Made by a program: the position numbers and the translations under genes. Shown here piece by piece: positions 1 through 13,345 of a stretch of 64,000 nt of DNA (position 1 is the first letter of the stretch; each line of letters begins with the position of its first letter). The notes beneath the pieces were generated by a model. That model was not told where the DNA came from. It saw nothing but the letters and a program-made list of their open reading frames with translations, and searched no databases. This DNA is from Geosiphon pyriformis uo1 (lineage: Eukaryota > Fungi > Glomeromycota). The stretch covers positions 873,518 to 937,517 of the forward strand of contig JAAOMT010000664.1 of NCBI GenBank assembly GCA_016748015.1, given 5' to 3'.

Positions 1-3000
1 TTATTTAGTTATTGGCAATAAGTTGGTTCTAAAACTAAATAAAATAAAAAGTAGAATAGATAATATTATAAAAGAGTAAACAAAAAAATGTTTAGTATCA
101 AAAATTATGCTTAATTATTGATTTTCTCAATATATACTTTTAAATTATATAAATAATAATGTATTCTCTAATATAATAAAAAAAATTGGTTTGGCAGAGT
201 TAAAGCATATAATTAACTATTTTTTTAATGGCAAAATTGTTGGTCTTTTTAAAATTTTAAATAAACTATAAAAGCATAATAGTAATACTATTTTAAAATA
301 TCTTTTGAATTTGTTGAATGATTGCTTAGTTTTAAAATTTGTTTCTGAATCTTAAAAAAAAAATTGGGTTTTTATAATTCTAAAACCACATAATTAAAAA
401 GAAATGTTAACAAATACTAAATTTATTGCTTTAATAAAAACAACAAGAAAAATTTTATTAAAGATACTATTAAACTGAATTTTTTTTGCTTGTAACAAAT
501 TTAATGTGCTTTTTAGAAATAATTTTTCTGTGTTTAAGAACACTTTTACTTGAAATTTTATCTTTGCAATAGGCTCTGTTATTAAGAATGCTTTAAAAAA
601 AGATAGAAAGATGTGATTGATTTTACAGAATATGTGCAAAGCTTATAATTCTGCTGGCTGAATTTATTTGTAACAGAGTCTAAAATAAATAAAAATATAC
701 AAGAATTTTATCAGATTTTTTGGCAATCTGTATGAAAATAGAATTAATAAAGTGATAACAAATTTTGGACTCTCACATAAATACAAAATACATAATAATT
801 TAAACCAAAATAAAGTTTTTTTATCATTTTTTTAGAAAATATTTTACAATTTTTTTTTGTATAAGATTAAAAGACAAAAGCATTTGTGTAGATATTATAT
901 CAATATTAAATTTGTTGCTAATTTAAAAAAAATAGAAGCCAATCTAAAAAAAAATGTTTTTTTTGTAATTAGTGCATTTGTAAATAATACAATTTAAATA
1001 AAAAATAGTCATGTATCTATGCAATATATTTTGGACTTTATTAGTGAATTTTTTTTATCAATAATATTTTAATTAGCAATAAAAAGATAGTAGCTATTTC
1101 TATTAATCAGAAAATTAGAGTTGCTTTTTTGTTTATTAACAAGTTGTTAATTGTAATAGTATATAAGAGTAAACTACACAAATATTTGGAGATTTTTTTG
1201 TTAACTAAGAGTATATTTAAGTTAAGCTTGGCTAAAACATATTTAGATGTTAGATTTTTTTTAATATAATTTTAAGAAAACTTTAATAAATAAGCAATTT
1301 TTTTACTTGGTGTTGACTATACTACAGCCAATTGTTAGTTATAAAAAACAGTTTAATTTTGTCTTAAAGAGTATGTGTTGTAAGTAAAATATTTTAATAA
1401 GAAAAAACTTAGAACCAAGACTAATTTGCCAAGATTTTTTTAGTAAATTTTTGTATTATTCTTTTTTGTATAAACTAAAAATTTTTAAATAAATATAGGC
1501 AAAAAATAAGACTGTTTTAGTGATTGTTTTTTCTAATGCTATTGGTATTTTTGAATGTTTATTTGATTATTAGTTTTTAAATTTGCAAATTTTAGGATAA
1601 ATACTTTTAGATTTTTTGCAGTTTCTGTAAAGTTAAAAATTAATCTAGTAAACAATTTTTTTACAAGTGTAATAAAATTTTTTTTGGACAATAAGATTTT
1701 TTTAATTAATAATCTGCTTAGTATTTTCTATAACTTTGGCAAGTTTTTAATATTAACAATTTTAGAGATTTTTTGTTATCATAGTGTAGTTACTTTATTA
1801 AAGCACTTTAGTATGGCTTTTGATAATAAGCTTTTAATAATAGGCTTTTGAACAAGCATAAAGCAGTTAGAAATTAGAAAACATTTTGTTATTAGAAAAA
1901 GTTGAATTTAAGAAGTTTAGTGTCTTATTGGTTTGATATTGTTTTTAGATTTATAACTACTTTTTGTTCTGGTTCTTTACAAGTGTTTTTTGTCTTTAAC
2001 TTCTTTAATGTTTTAAATTCTAATAACTTTTTGGCTATTCTTACTAGTATTACTGCTTACTTATATTTGTTTCTTAAGTATTATATTCAAAAAAAAATTA
2101 TTTTAATTGATGATTAATATTAGATAATATTTACTACTTTGTATATAATATTTATAGATTAATTAATTATGTTAATTGGAAAGCAGATTTTAATACAAAA
2201 ATTATGATTGGTTCTTTTGCTTACTATATTAATTAATTGTATATAATGTTAATTTGGCATTTGGATTCTTATATATATATTGAATTTACTAGTAAAATAT
2301 TTTTAAATCTGCATATATATATTATAAAAGCTATTTATAGAAAGTTGTTAGTTGTCATTAGAAAAAAATTTTATGACAAATACTACTTTAGTGTTTTGTG
2401 TTTGATGTATATTAAGATAAAATTTTCTAATTATGTGTTTATCTGCCTTAATAATACTAATTTACATAAAAATATAGTTCAAAAGATAGTTTTTTGTTGG
2501 AAATTCTTAGTTAATATTAATTTTTTTTTAATATTAATGGTTATTTAAAAAATTTAACAAATTTATTAGATATTAGTTAATATAAAATTATTAGTAAAAG
2601 TTTTGTCATAAAAAACTGATTTGAGAAAATATTACTGGTATTTAAAAATAAAAAAAAAACTGTTTTAGTGATAATAAAATTTGTTTACAAATTTGTTAAA
2701 TAATATAGAATAGTAATATGAATTTTTAGATCTAAATTCAGAACAAATATAAAAAATAGTGAGTTGATAAATAATATAAAAATATTTTTGAATTGTTATA
2801 TTTTATGTTTTTTTAGTTGTTAGACAATATTGTTTGTTTATTTGAGATTAATAAGATATTTGTAATTAGTTTTGGTTTTTGTAAATCCTGTTTGTTCTAT
2901 TTTAATATAAGTAGTAATATTATAATTTAGATAAGTATATAAAATAATCTTAATTAATCCAAGTAATTGATTACATATAGAAAGTGTGTGAGTTATATTT

Positions 3001-3080
3001 AATTAAAAATTTTTAGTTTGGTTTTTTGTATTAAATAATAATTGAATTGCACTCATTAAATAAAAAATAAAAAATAAAAA
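1..3080 (+). mobile_element. LINE copy A: heavily decayed 3' half of ORF2 (RT, C-terminal Cys motif), 3' UTR and A-rich tail; 5' part outside the window
   Basis: Degenerate translations match ORF2 of the 52-59 kb LINE (e.g. LTNTKFIALIKTTRKILLKIL at ~405-470, SAFVNNTI at ~971, FYDKYYFSVLCLM at ~2370). 2940-3080 matches the reverse complement of the 3' UTR at 52065-52200. Confidence 0.9.
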
Positions 3081-3174
3081 GTTAAAATTTCTTATTTTGG
3101 TTTTTGTCAAAAATAAAAAAAATGTTTAATTTTATAAAAATTTTTATATTAAATCTTAATAATAAAAATAGATA

Positions 3175-5441
3175 TTTTTATTATTATTAAAGTTTAATAA
3201 GTAAGATCTAACCACTATTTAATACAATATGACTACATAGAATCTTAAATTAAATATGGCTCACGTATTGTCTACATGTAACTAGCTACTTGAGCCAGTT
3301 TAGACTATACTACATTGATACACTAGAAGAAAACTTATCCAAAGATGACATCTTTTGAATGACAAGAAACAAAGTTGCACTACAAGGAACCAATCCAACC
3401 AGCCACTTAGCTGTTTTTAAGACATAAGTTTTAATATCAATAGACTCATGTTCTCAAAGGAACATCAAGTTAGAAAACACTTGGTCATTCAAATCAACTG
3501 GGTGCTCTGAATCACCAGACATATCAATATCCTCCATACAGCACTCTTTTTTTAAAGAAATCACTTCTCTTTCCAACTTACTAACAATTTTACTAAAAGA
3601 ATCTATGTGCACCATAACTTCATTAATCTTAAAGCCAAGTGTACTGCTTAAAACCAAATCTTCATTAATAAATTACTTGAACAATTTGACCAAAAAACCA
3701 ACTGGTTTAACAATAGATTCAATCAAAGCAGAAAGCTTGACCAAATTAAACTCCAAAGAAACCAACTGAAAAACACCAAGAAATTACCAATAATTATAGA
3801 AGGGGAAGTAGAAGCCACCAGGGGAGGAAATTCAGAAGAATCCAAGGAAGCAAAAGTTTTTGCATAAGAAACACTACTCACAAAATGTGTTCTAAACACT
3901 TTAAAAGCCTTGAGAAAAGGAGATAGTAAAACTTTGCAGTCAACAGCCAAATGGCTTACTTCTTGACACCTAAAGCAGTGTTAACAACCAGAATTTCTCA
4001 CCAAATATGACATTTTCTTAAGGTACCAGTTTTGACAACTGCAAAGTTCAAATCAACTTGGGAACCAAATATAACCAGAGCAAACCAGAAACAATGACCA
4101 GAATCAAACAAACAAGGAATGAAACAAGTCTGGCCACCAACCTAGAAAATTATATTACTAATCTCAAAAACAGTACAGCCAGAAAGAAGATTGACCAACT
4201 TGGCCTTAAACTGATTATGAAGCAAAATTGTCTTATTTTAATTGATAAGAAAAAAAATACAAACACTATCCTTGTCCACCAAAATCAACCAGTGATTGAG
4301 AATAGAAGCAGCAGCATCCAATTCTTTGAAGTAAACAACCACATATTGCCAAACACCAGCAGGCTTCAATATCACACAAGAAACTTTACCAAAAACACTA
4401 AAAGCTAACTTAATATTAGCAGCAGACACACCCAAAGGCACATCATGCAGTGTAACAGCAGCAGAAAAAGAACTAGACTTAGAAAACACCAAAGACTTGG
4501 CAATTTTGAGAGAAGCAAAGCAAACAAAGCTTGTAAGTTCAATCAAAAAAGCAGCATCCAAAAAACTTTGAAAAGCAAACTCCACATAAAACAGCTTTAC
4601 ATTGTCCTTTGATACTGACTTTGCATCCAAGAAACCATGTACTGACTAAAAAACAGCCTTAACATGAGCCAATTTGATCTTGAAAATAGCACCAAGCACC
4701 AGAGTGGAGGCCACCCACCCAGCATACTTTTAATGACTAGTAATAGTTTTTTAAGCACCACCAGAAGTAACACCAAAAACTAAAGGAGGAGATAATTCAG
4801 TTTCCATTTGATCAGCCCAGTTCTCAAGAATAGGTGACCCAACAGAAAGAGATTGTTTTGCTTCTAAAACCAGTAATGATCTACTGGAAGACATCACATT
4901 TGACAACACAATCAGTAGTTGATTTAGGCCTATTTTGAACAACATGCCAGATGATGCTATAGAGATCTCATTGGGAACCACAAAGAGGTTTTGTGTAACA
5001 ATAGCAGAGACAAGCAACTGCTTTTACTTTTCTGAACTTTTGGTCTTTTTGACCATTTTTTTTAAAGAGGAGATGCTAGCAACACCAGATGTAAAAGCTA
5101 TAGAAGGGAAGACCAGCTTGTTAACTGGTCTATTATTAAACACTTTTGGGCTCTTAGTAGGGGTGGAGGCAACACTAGAACTAACCCAAGTGTGTTTTTT
5201 GAAGGAACTTTGACTGATGAAAAACCAGCCAAAGATGAAGAAGTTGCTTCAGTGGCCACTAAAGACAGCTTATTATAATTACTGGGTAAAGAAAAGACTT
5301 CTAAAACGTTTTGCCTAGTTGCTTTTACAACAAAGAGAGCTCTTCTGGTTGAAATTTTATTAGATATTTCAGAACAGATATCAGATGCAGCTTTTTTACT
5401 TTTTGCTCTGGTTGTAGTCATAAAATTAAGAAGACAAAAAG
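3175..5441 (-). mobile_element. ORF1-only non-autonomous LINE derivative (HAL1-like), copy 1; disrupted ~700-codon ORF 5421->3310
   Basis: ORF-track fragments (MTTTRAKSKK..., VTLHDVPLGVSAANIKLAFSVFG, ECCMEDIDMSGDSE) are colinear with 49499-51626. The ORF is followed directly by a LINE-like 3' UTR and (TAA)nA tail, with no EN or RT sequence. Confidence 0.88.
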
Positions 5442-5611
5442 TTTTTTTTTATTATATAAAGTATTAAAATAATAGATATTATAATATTAATTTAAAACAT
5501 ATAAATACATATTATTATAAAACTGTTTTTTTAATATATTTATATTAATAAGTTTTAGTTTAAACTGTAATTAATTTTTTGTAAGTTTTTTAATTTTAAT
5601 TTTTATTATAT

Positions 5612-6607
5612 TGTTACTAATAAAATTTTCACTATTAATTAGCATAAAATTACTCTTATAATTTCTATTATTAATTAGCATATATTAATATTGTTTCAAG
5701 TATTATTTATTATTTAATTAAATTATTGAATATTATTATTCAATTAACAAACTAATTTGTACAATAGAAATTAAAATAATTAGATTACAAAATACTTTAA
5801 ACTATGTAACATTTAAGAATTGACTAAAATTTGTAAAAATTTGCTAAAATAATAAATAGTTTACTAAAATAGTTAATAATTTATTAAAATAACTTGAAAT
5901 TTGTCAAAGTGTATTTTTAGTTTATTGAAATTATAGCAAAGAAAAAAATTCAAGTTTATAGACTAGTATTATAACAAGTTGTATAAAAAAAAAGCTTTTT
6001 TCTTTAAGAAAATGTATTTTATCTTAGAATTATTTTACTCAAAATCATCTTAATTTGAATAAATCATCTTTTACAAAAAATAATAAAAAAATTAATTAAT
6101 TAAGATACTTTAAAAACCCAAATTTTGCAAATCAATTACATTTGAAATTTTCCAAAAACCAATTTAACATTTTGAAATTAATTAGCTACCAATTTTAGTA
6201 ATTTGTTAGTAATCTTAGGCCTAAATAGAAAACAATTTTTTTGATGAAATTTTATTTTTTTTATATTTTTATATTTTTTTATATTTTTATATTATAATAA
6301 TTAGAGTAATCTACAAATAAAATTTTTGTAAAAGAGTTGACTTTTACAGCAAAGTAACTACATATTTTTAAGTAAGCTTTCAGATAAACAATTCTTAAAA
6401 AAAATTGACTTGTACTACAAAGTAACTACATATAGTAACTAATATAGAATTGACTATTTTACTTATAAGTTTAATAATATAAATTATAAAAAATAATTTA
6501 AAAATAAATTCAGTTATCAGAGGTTTAACTGCTTTCAAAAAACGTAAATTTAAAGCAAACAAATATTAACAACATTCAAAAAAAAAGAACAAAAATCTTT
6601 GGTAACA
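5612..6607 (+). repeat. 5' LTR of Gypsy A
   Basis: Begins TGTTAC and ends GGTAACA; followed by PBS-like TTTGGTATT; aligns along its length with 32015-32995. Confidence 0.88.
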
Positions 6608-8043
6608 TTTGGTATTTTCTCAAAGATTAATATAGCAACAACAACTTCAAAATAGCGACTATATTTAACACAACAGCTTTAGAGTATTATTAATTGATTT
6701 ATACTTACTGCAAGCAAAAATTCAATATTTAAGATGGAATTGAAGCTTTCAAAAAATCACTATACCAATATATTAAGAATTATATTAAAAATTATTTTTT
6801 TGGAGACTATAATATTTCAGAAATTAGAAACAACCTCTACAAAAATCTACTATACTTACTTAAAAACAAAAAACTTTAATAGTGAAACACTTAATATCTA
6901 CTTTCAAAAACTCAACTTTAACATTATTTAATATTGTGAAAAAAAATACCTAGTATAATTTAAATTCTCTTTGAACATAAAATTAAAATCTAAGAATAAC
7001 AACAAAAAAAAACAAAGACAAAAATAAAATTCAAAAACAATTTACAACACACTAAAAATAACTGTTAAACATCTGTAAATACCTAAACAAAAAACTAGTA
7101 TTAAATTATTACTTTTTATTACACTATTTCTAATTTTATTTGTTCAACTACAAATACCTAATTTACTTCTTATTCAGTTTTTAAGACTAAAAAATTTTAC
7201 TTTACCAAAAAGCCCTACTCAACAACCAAAACCAATATTTATTAGTATTAATTTTCTTAATTATTTAGCAGAAAACCAAAGTGATTACTCCAAAAAATTA
7301 AGTAACAAAGAAAATATTTTTGAATTTACTGAGAAAAAAACTACTGAAAACAAAGATACAGATAAAATAGCAACTACTTATATTACAAAAATTACAGAAT
7401 TTACAGGAAAAGATATTAACACTAATCTACAATAATAGCTTAATAAAGTTTTAAAAACAAAAGATACAAACAAATAAAATACAGCCAGAATATTAAAAGC
7501 AATTCTTTACTTTCTTTAAGAAACAACTAAAGAATAGTTTGAAAATTTGGCTAAATTATTTAAAAATTAACAAGCATTCAAAAATGTTTTTTTATATTTA
7601 TTACTCTCTGAAATTAGTTCTACAATATTAAACAAAAACTATTCAAATCTATTATGATCTATCTTAAGAAATTCAACAAACTTCTTTAATAAATTTAACA
7701 ATTGGAAACCAATAACTATTACTTTAATACTCAGATTTTGAATTAATTTATTGCAAGATTAAAAGATAAACTTATTAAAAAAGTTTGATCACATGCTTTA
7801 AAAAATTTAACCACTGTTATTTAATATGCTAAGACTTATAAAATAACAATAAAAAAAGCCAACTGCACAAAACTTGTTAACTTAGTCATTGAAAAAACCA
7901 GCTTAACAGCTGAAAAAAAAATCAACCAACTAATTAAAAAAATCAAAAACTATTTTACCAACCAACAACAACAGAAATATCAACTATCATAATAATAAAA
8001 CCCAAGCAACTTTCTATTATTAAACAGCCAAAACCAAAGCTGT

Positions 8044-8993
8044 TGTTACAAATAATTATTTGGAGTGTTGAAACAAATAACAAACTTGTAACTTGGTGCT
8101 TAATAATTGGTAATATTGATAATTTTTAAAGGTTTTGGAGTCTGAAGATTTTAGAGTCTGAAGATTTTAGAGTCTAAAGATTTTGAAGTTTGAAGGTTTT
8201 GGTTAAGTTTTTTGTATAATAAACAGAGATTTAATTAATAGTTTTTTTCATGAATTTTTTTTTCAGCATAATAACCAGTTTAATTTAATAGTTGTGTTTT
8301 TTTAGTAAGCTATTTTTAAATTTTTACTCTTATTTTTGGGTTTTTTATTAGGCTATCCTTAATATTAAATACTTAATACTTAATTATTTTAATCAATTAA
8401 TAAACAACAAAAAATAAAAAAAATAAAAGAAAATAAAAAATTAGTATTTTGTTAATAGCTGTAATTAAGAGCTATTAGTTCAGTATGATTAAGTCTTAGA
8501 TTCTATTAACATGAAGTATTGATAGTGTGAAGTTGATTAATATTTCTTAATTAAATAATGATAACATAAATTTAGGTAATAATTAATATTTTATTGATAT
8601 GTGTTTTAATTCTACTTTAAGTAATAAAAACTACTTTTTAAAGGAAGAAGTATTGGATAATTAATGGTTTTAACTGATTTTTTTCAATTGATTCTGTCTT
8701 TTCTGTTTTTAATACTCTCATTATATATACATATTTATTGTTATATAAGATCTCATATTTTCTTAAGCAATATGTTCTATTTTTTTTGACAATGTACTTA
8801 TTATTAAGCAATATGTTATAATTTTCTAACAATGTGTTTATTGCTAAGCAGTATATCATAATTCACTAACAATATGCACATTGTTGAGTAATATATTATA
8901 TTTCTAATATTGTGCTTACTTGCTATGTCCTATTTTCCTATTGGTCTATTTTTCTATTTGTTTTTTCTATTTTTTTTCTTTCTATAAGTAATA
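8044..8993 (-). repeat. 3' LTR of Gypsy B
   Basis: Aligns with 17146-17918; adjoined by TTATTTCTTCTTTT (a polypurine tract on the minus strand); contains ~4 units of a 17-bp tandem repeat (GAGTCTGAAGATTTTA-like) at ~8138-8200. Confidence 0.88.
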
Positions 8994-11900
8994 TTATTTC
9001 TTCTTTTAATATTAAGCTCCATCAAAATTTTCATTTTAAATTAAGTTTATTACTTCTCTTTTTAATACTGTTTGTTTAATTCTGTTCTTTATTTTTTCAT
9101 ATTAAGAGTTGTTTATTTTTTTCTACTGGTTAACAATTATTGTTTTTATTTCTTGGTGTAATAGTATTTCTGGATAATTTTGAAATATACTGTGTAGTCA
9201 GTAGATTGTTTTGATGTATAGTCTAGAATTTGTCTTTTTTCTAATGAAATCTTTAATCTGTTGTACTATTTCTTAATTGAATATTCTTTTGGATTTATTA
9301 ATATATAATTTTTGGATATTTAGCTTTTGTTCTAATTGATAATAATAATATGATATTGAAAGTTGTTTTATCTATAGCTTCTAATTTTTTTTAGTTAGTT
9401 TTTCTGTTAAAATTATTATTACTATTTTTTTAAAAATGTTTTTTACTTTTTCTATAACTTTATTTAATCAGTGTTTTGTTTGGTTTTGTAGTCACTAATA
9501 AGGAATAATTCTTGTTTTTTTTCTTTTTTGGTATTTTAATAGCAAATTGTTTAGTGATTAATAACAATTTCTATGTTTAATTGTTGTTGATTTATAGCTT
9601 AAAATAATTGTTAAGCCATTGTGTAAATGTAGTTTGGAATTTTTATTTTTCTATTGTTGGTTTTGTCATGTATATTGTGTTTTTATATACTATTTTTGTA
9701 AATCAATTTAACATGTTTGTGTTAATAATTATGATTGGTTTTAGATTTTATGAAATCTCATCTGATTGGACTAATATTTATTGTACTTCTAGTTGTAGAA
9801 TATTATTAATAGATAATAATACTATATTGTAATATGGTTTCAGTTGATTTTTATGTACTGCTTTAGCTAAGATTTTGTTGTTTTATCTTAAATTATAAGC
9901 TCTATTTTCTAGAATTTTTTCAATGTAAAATGGTTTGTTCTATTTAGAGTCGAATTTTCTACTTTATTGTTTTTCCACTTTAGTACAATATAAGAGTACT
10001 TTGTTTCCAATTCTAAATTTAACTGGTTTATTTGATAATTGATTATCATGTTGTTTTTTTTGTTTTGTTTGTAACTTTTGTATATTATCAGCTGTTATTT
10101 ATCTTTTGTTTTCTAAAGTTTTTATTAAATTATATGTTTTTTTTAACAATGTTTTTTGGAAGTTGGCTTTTGTTATTGGTTCTGTTGGATATGTGTTAAT
10201 ATCTATTTTAATTAATAATGTTGCTGTTTTATTATACACAAGTTTAAATAGTATTGTTTTTATGGTATTTTGCTTTATTATCTAATAAGCAAATAATACT
10301 AATAATATAAATAAATTTTATTTGTCCTGGTTTTTTTGGCTGATCTTAGTTATTGCTTTACATAATATTCTGTTGAATCTTTCAACTAAGTCATTTGTTT
10401 GTGAATAATATAATAATAATAATAGTCTTTTGATTTCAAATTTTTGACTTAATTTTGTTAGTGTTCTGTTTACAAAGTAAATTTTTTGATCTAATAATAA
10501 TTTTTTTGAGCATTCATGTTAAAAAATCAAATTTTGGTATATGAATTTGGCTATGGATTTTGCATTTGCTCTTTGAATTGCTTTTGCTTTTGGTTATTTT
10601 GTAAGATAGTTCATGGCTATTACTATATAACAATTGTCTCTGTTGGTTATTGTTAATGATCTAACTAAGTCAATTCCAATTCAATCAAATAGTTGTCTTA
10701 TTTTAATTGGTCTTAGCAGTTTACTGGGTCTTATTTCTCTTTTTTTTTGACAAGCATTACAATTTTGAACATATTAGATAATATTTGGATATATGGATGA
10801 CTAATAATATCTTTTTTTGGTTTTTTTTATGATTTTTTATTTATGAAAATATTCTGTTGTCAAATCTAAATACATATTAAACAATATTGTTTTTTTTTCT
10901 GGTTTTGTAATTACTCTAAGTAACTAATTTGGATTTTTTTTTGTTTTTCTAATATAGTATATTTTGGTAAGTAATAAAATATTTTGATTGTTGTTTTATG
11001 TTGTTTTGTTTTTTTTGAGATAATTTTTTCTTGAACTATTGAGTATTAATATAATATTGGAGTTGTTGATATTTTTGTGTATTTATTTTTTGTTATATTT
11101 TTGGGTTGAAATGTTTTTAGATTTGTCTTATCTATGATAAACCATCAGCATTTTTTTTTTATAATATACAGTATAATTAAATAGTAATAGTTTTATTTTT
11201 TATTTTGCATAGCAATTATCTCTAAATTTTTGCTTTTGGATTGATGTCAATTTTTTGTGATCAGTATATACATCAAACTTTTGACTTAAATATTCCTTCT
11301 ATTTAATAACAACTCAATAGATAACTAAATATTCTAATGCTGGAGTTCTATAGTTCTTCTTAGCTGAACTTAAACTTTGGTTAACATATGCTACTAAATG
11401 TTTTTATCTATCTGCTCTTTTTTAGGACAATTCAGTTCTTAATGTTTGACTGAATGCATCAATAGTAATAATAAATAGCTTGTTGTGATCTAAATAGATT
11501 AATACTAATGAATAAGCTTTCTTCTTAAGATATTAAAAGCTTTTTATTGGGTTTTAGTCTATTTATATTTAATATTCTTTGCTTGTAGCTAGTAGAATAG
11601 TTGAGCCAGTTTAGAAAAATTTTGGATAAAGTAACAATAGTATTTAGCAAATCTCAAGAATGCTCTTAATTCTATCAAATTAGTTAGTACTAGAAAGTTT
11701 TTAACTATTTTAATTTTGTTTGGGTCTGTTTTGATGCTGTTTTTGCTTATAACATATTCCAAAAACTTGAATTTTGTTTTGCCAAAGAAGCATTTGGTTG
11801 TATTAACTTTAATCTAGCTTTTTTTAATCTTTTTAACATCTGTTGAAAATAATAAAAATAATTGTTAAATGTTTTTGAAAATACATTGGTGTTATTTAAG

Positions 11901-12929
11901 TAGATAATTACTAATTCCTATAGTAGTTTAGTGTAAAAAATTTTCATAACTTATTAAAAAGTAGCTAAAGCATTGGTTAAACCAAATAACATAACATTAA
12001 ATTCAAAATTTTCTTCTTTAGTAGTAAATACTGTCTTTTTTTTGTTAGTTGAATTTATGGCTATTTGCCAGTAATCACTATCTAAATCTAATATTAAAAA
12101 CCATGTTTTTTCTTCAAAAGCATTAAATAATTTTTGGATCTATGGAATTGGATAGCTGTCTTCACAAATAATACTATTGAGCTTTTAGTAATTTACACAA
12201 AAGTGGATTTTTCTATTCTTTTTTTGGATAAGTACTATTGGTAATAACTATGGGTTTATTGATAATTAAATTAACTTGTTGTTCAACATTCTGTTGATTT
12301 TTTGTCAAATAATTTCATCGCTAGTGGATAGTGCTTAGTATATTTTTTGTTTAATTAATATTGTATTTTCCATTTTGATCTGGTGTTAAATAATGTTAGT
12401 TCTGCCAAATTTATTTTTACTGGCAAAGATGTCAATAAAGTTGTTGAATAGTATTTTGAATTATATCTGTTAAAGTGGATCTAAATTTTTTAAGTTTATT
12501 TGTTTCAATTGTTTTTATTATAACAAATAACATTTTTTTATTTGTAAATAGTTTGTGATATAATATTCACATATTCACAAAGCTGTGAAAAGTCTGGAAT
12601 AGTAGTAAGTACTTGATTCTTAACTTTAGTGCTTAAATATTTGATAGTAGTTCTATTTGGTATTTCTATAAGATTTCTAATTGTGTTGTATATAGAAATC
12701 TTGATGTGTTTATTGTTTTTGGCTAGTATATAGAGATTAATAATAGCAATTTTTCTTGATTTACAAATGTTTGTTTCAGCTTCAAAAATTTGGAGTTTAT
12801 TTTTTACTTTTTTTTCTATTACTATTATATACTAGTTATATGATAAAATAAAAATTGATTAATAAGTAAAGATAATTTCTCTCTTATTAATTGTTTCTTC
12901 TTTTATTATATTAACTAGTATATCTATTT

Positions 12930-13345
12930 TACTTATTAATTCAAATTTTTTTATCTTTCTTACTGTAATTCTTAACTTTTTTTTTGTTTTTATTAACACT
13001 AACTGAGCTATTTTAACCAAAGGCAGAAATATTGTCTGTGCTATCTTTTTATTTAGTTTAATTATGTATTTTTTTTCTGAGTTATTTTGTAGTATTACAA
13101 TAATATTTTTTACATATCTTGTATCAATTATTTTTTTTTAATATTAATTCTGTTTTTTGCTAAATTAGATCTAGAGACTAGTTGAATTATTGTTGTTGCT
13201 AAAATTTTCAGTGCTATTTTCAGATCTATACTGGTGTGCAAATAAGATTCCAATATAATGGCAGTTTTTCCTGAATACCTGAGATTAAACTCTGTGTTAA
13301 TATTATATGTGTGTTTTGGCGTAATACTTTGATTATTATTGCTAA
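12930..13345 (-). pseudogene. dUTPase domain in Gypsy B pol (degenerate)
   Basis: Manual translation gives TEFNLRY...IQLVSRSNLAK...IIDTRYVKNI...KIAQTIFLPLV, which maps to dUTPase motifs AGFDL, RSSLA, IDAGY and IAQ after reverting transitions. Confidence 0.75.

Noticed and set aside
8138-8200. Short direct repeats that might suggest a CRISPR-like array
   Set aside because: Contiguous 17-bp tandem units without unique spacers, inside an LTR in eukaryotic DNA.
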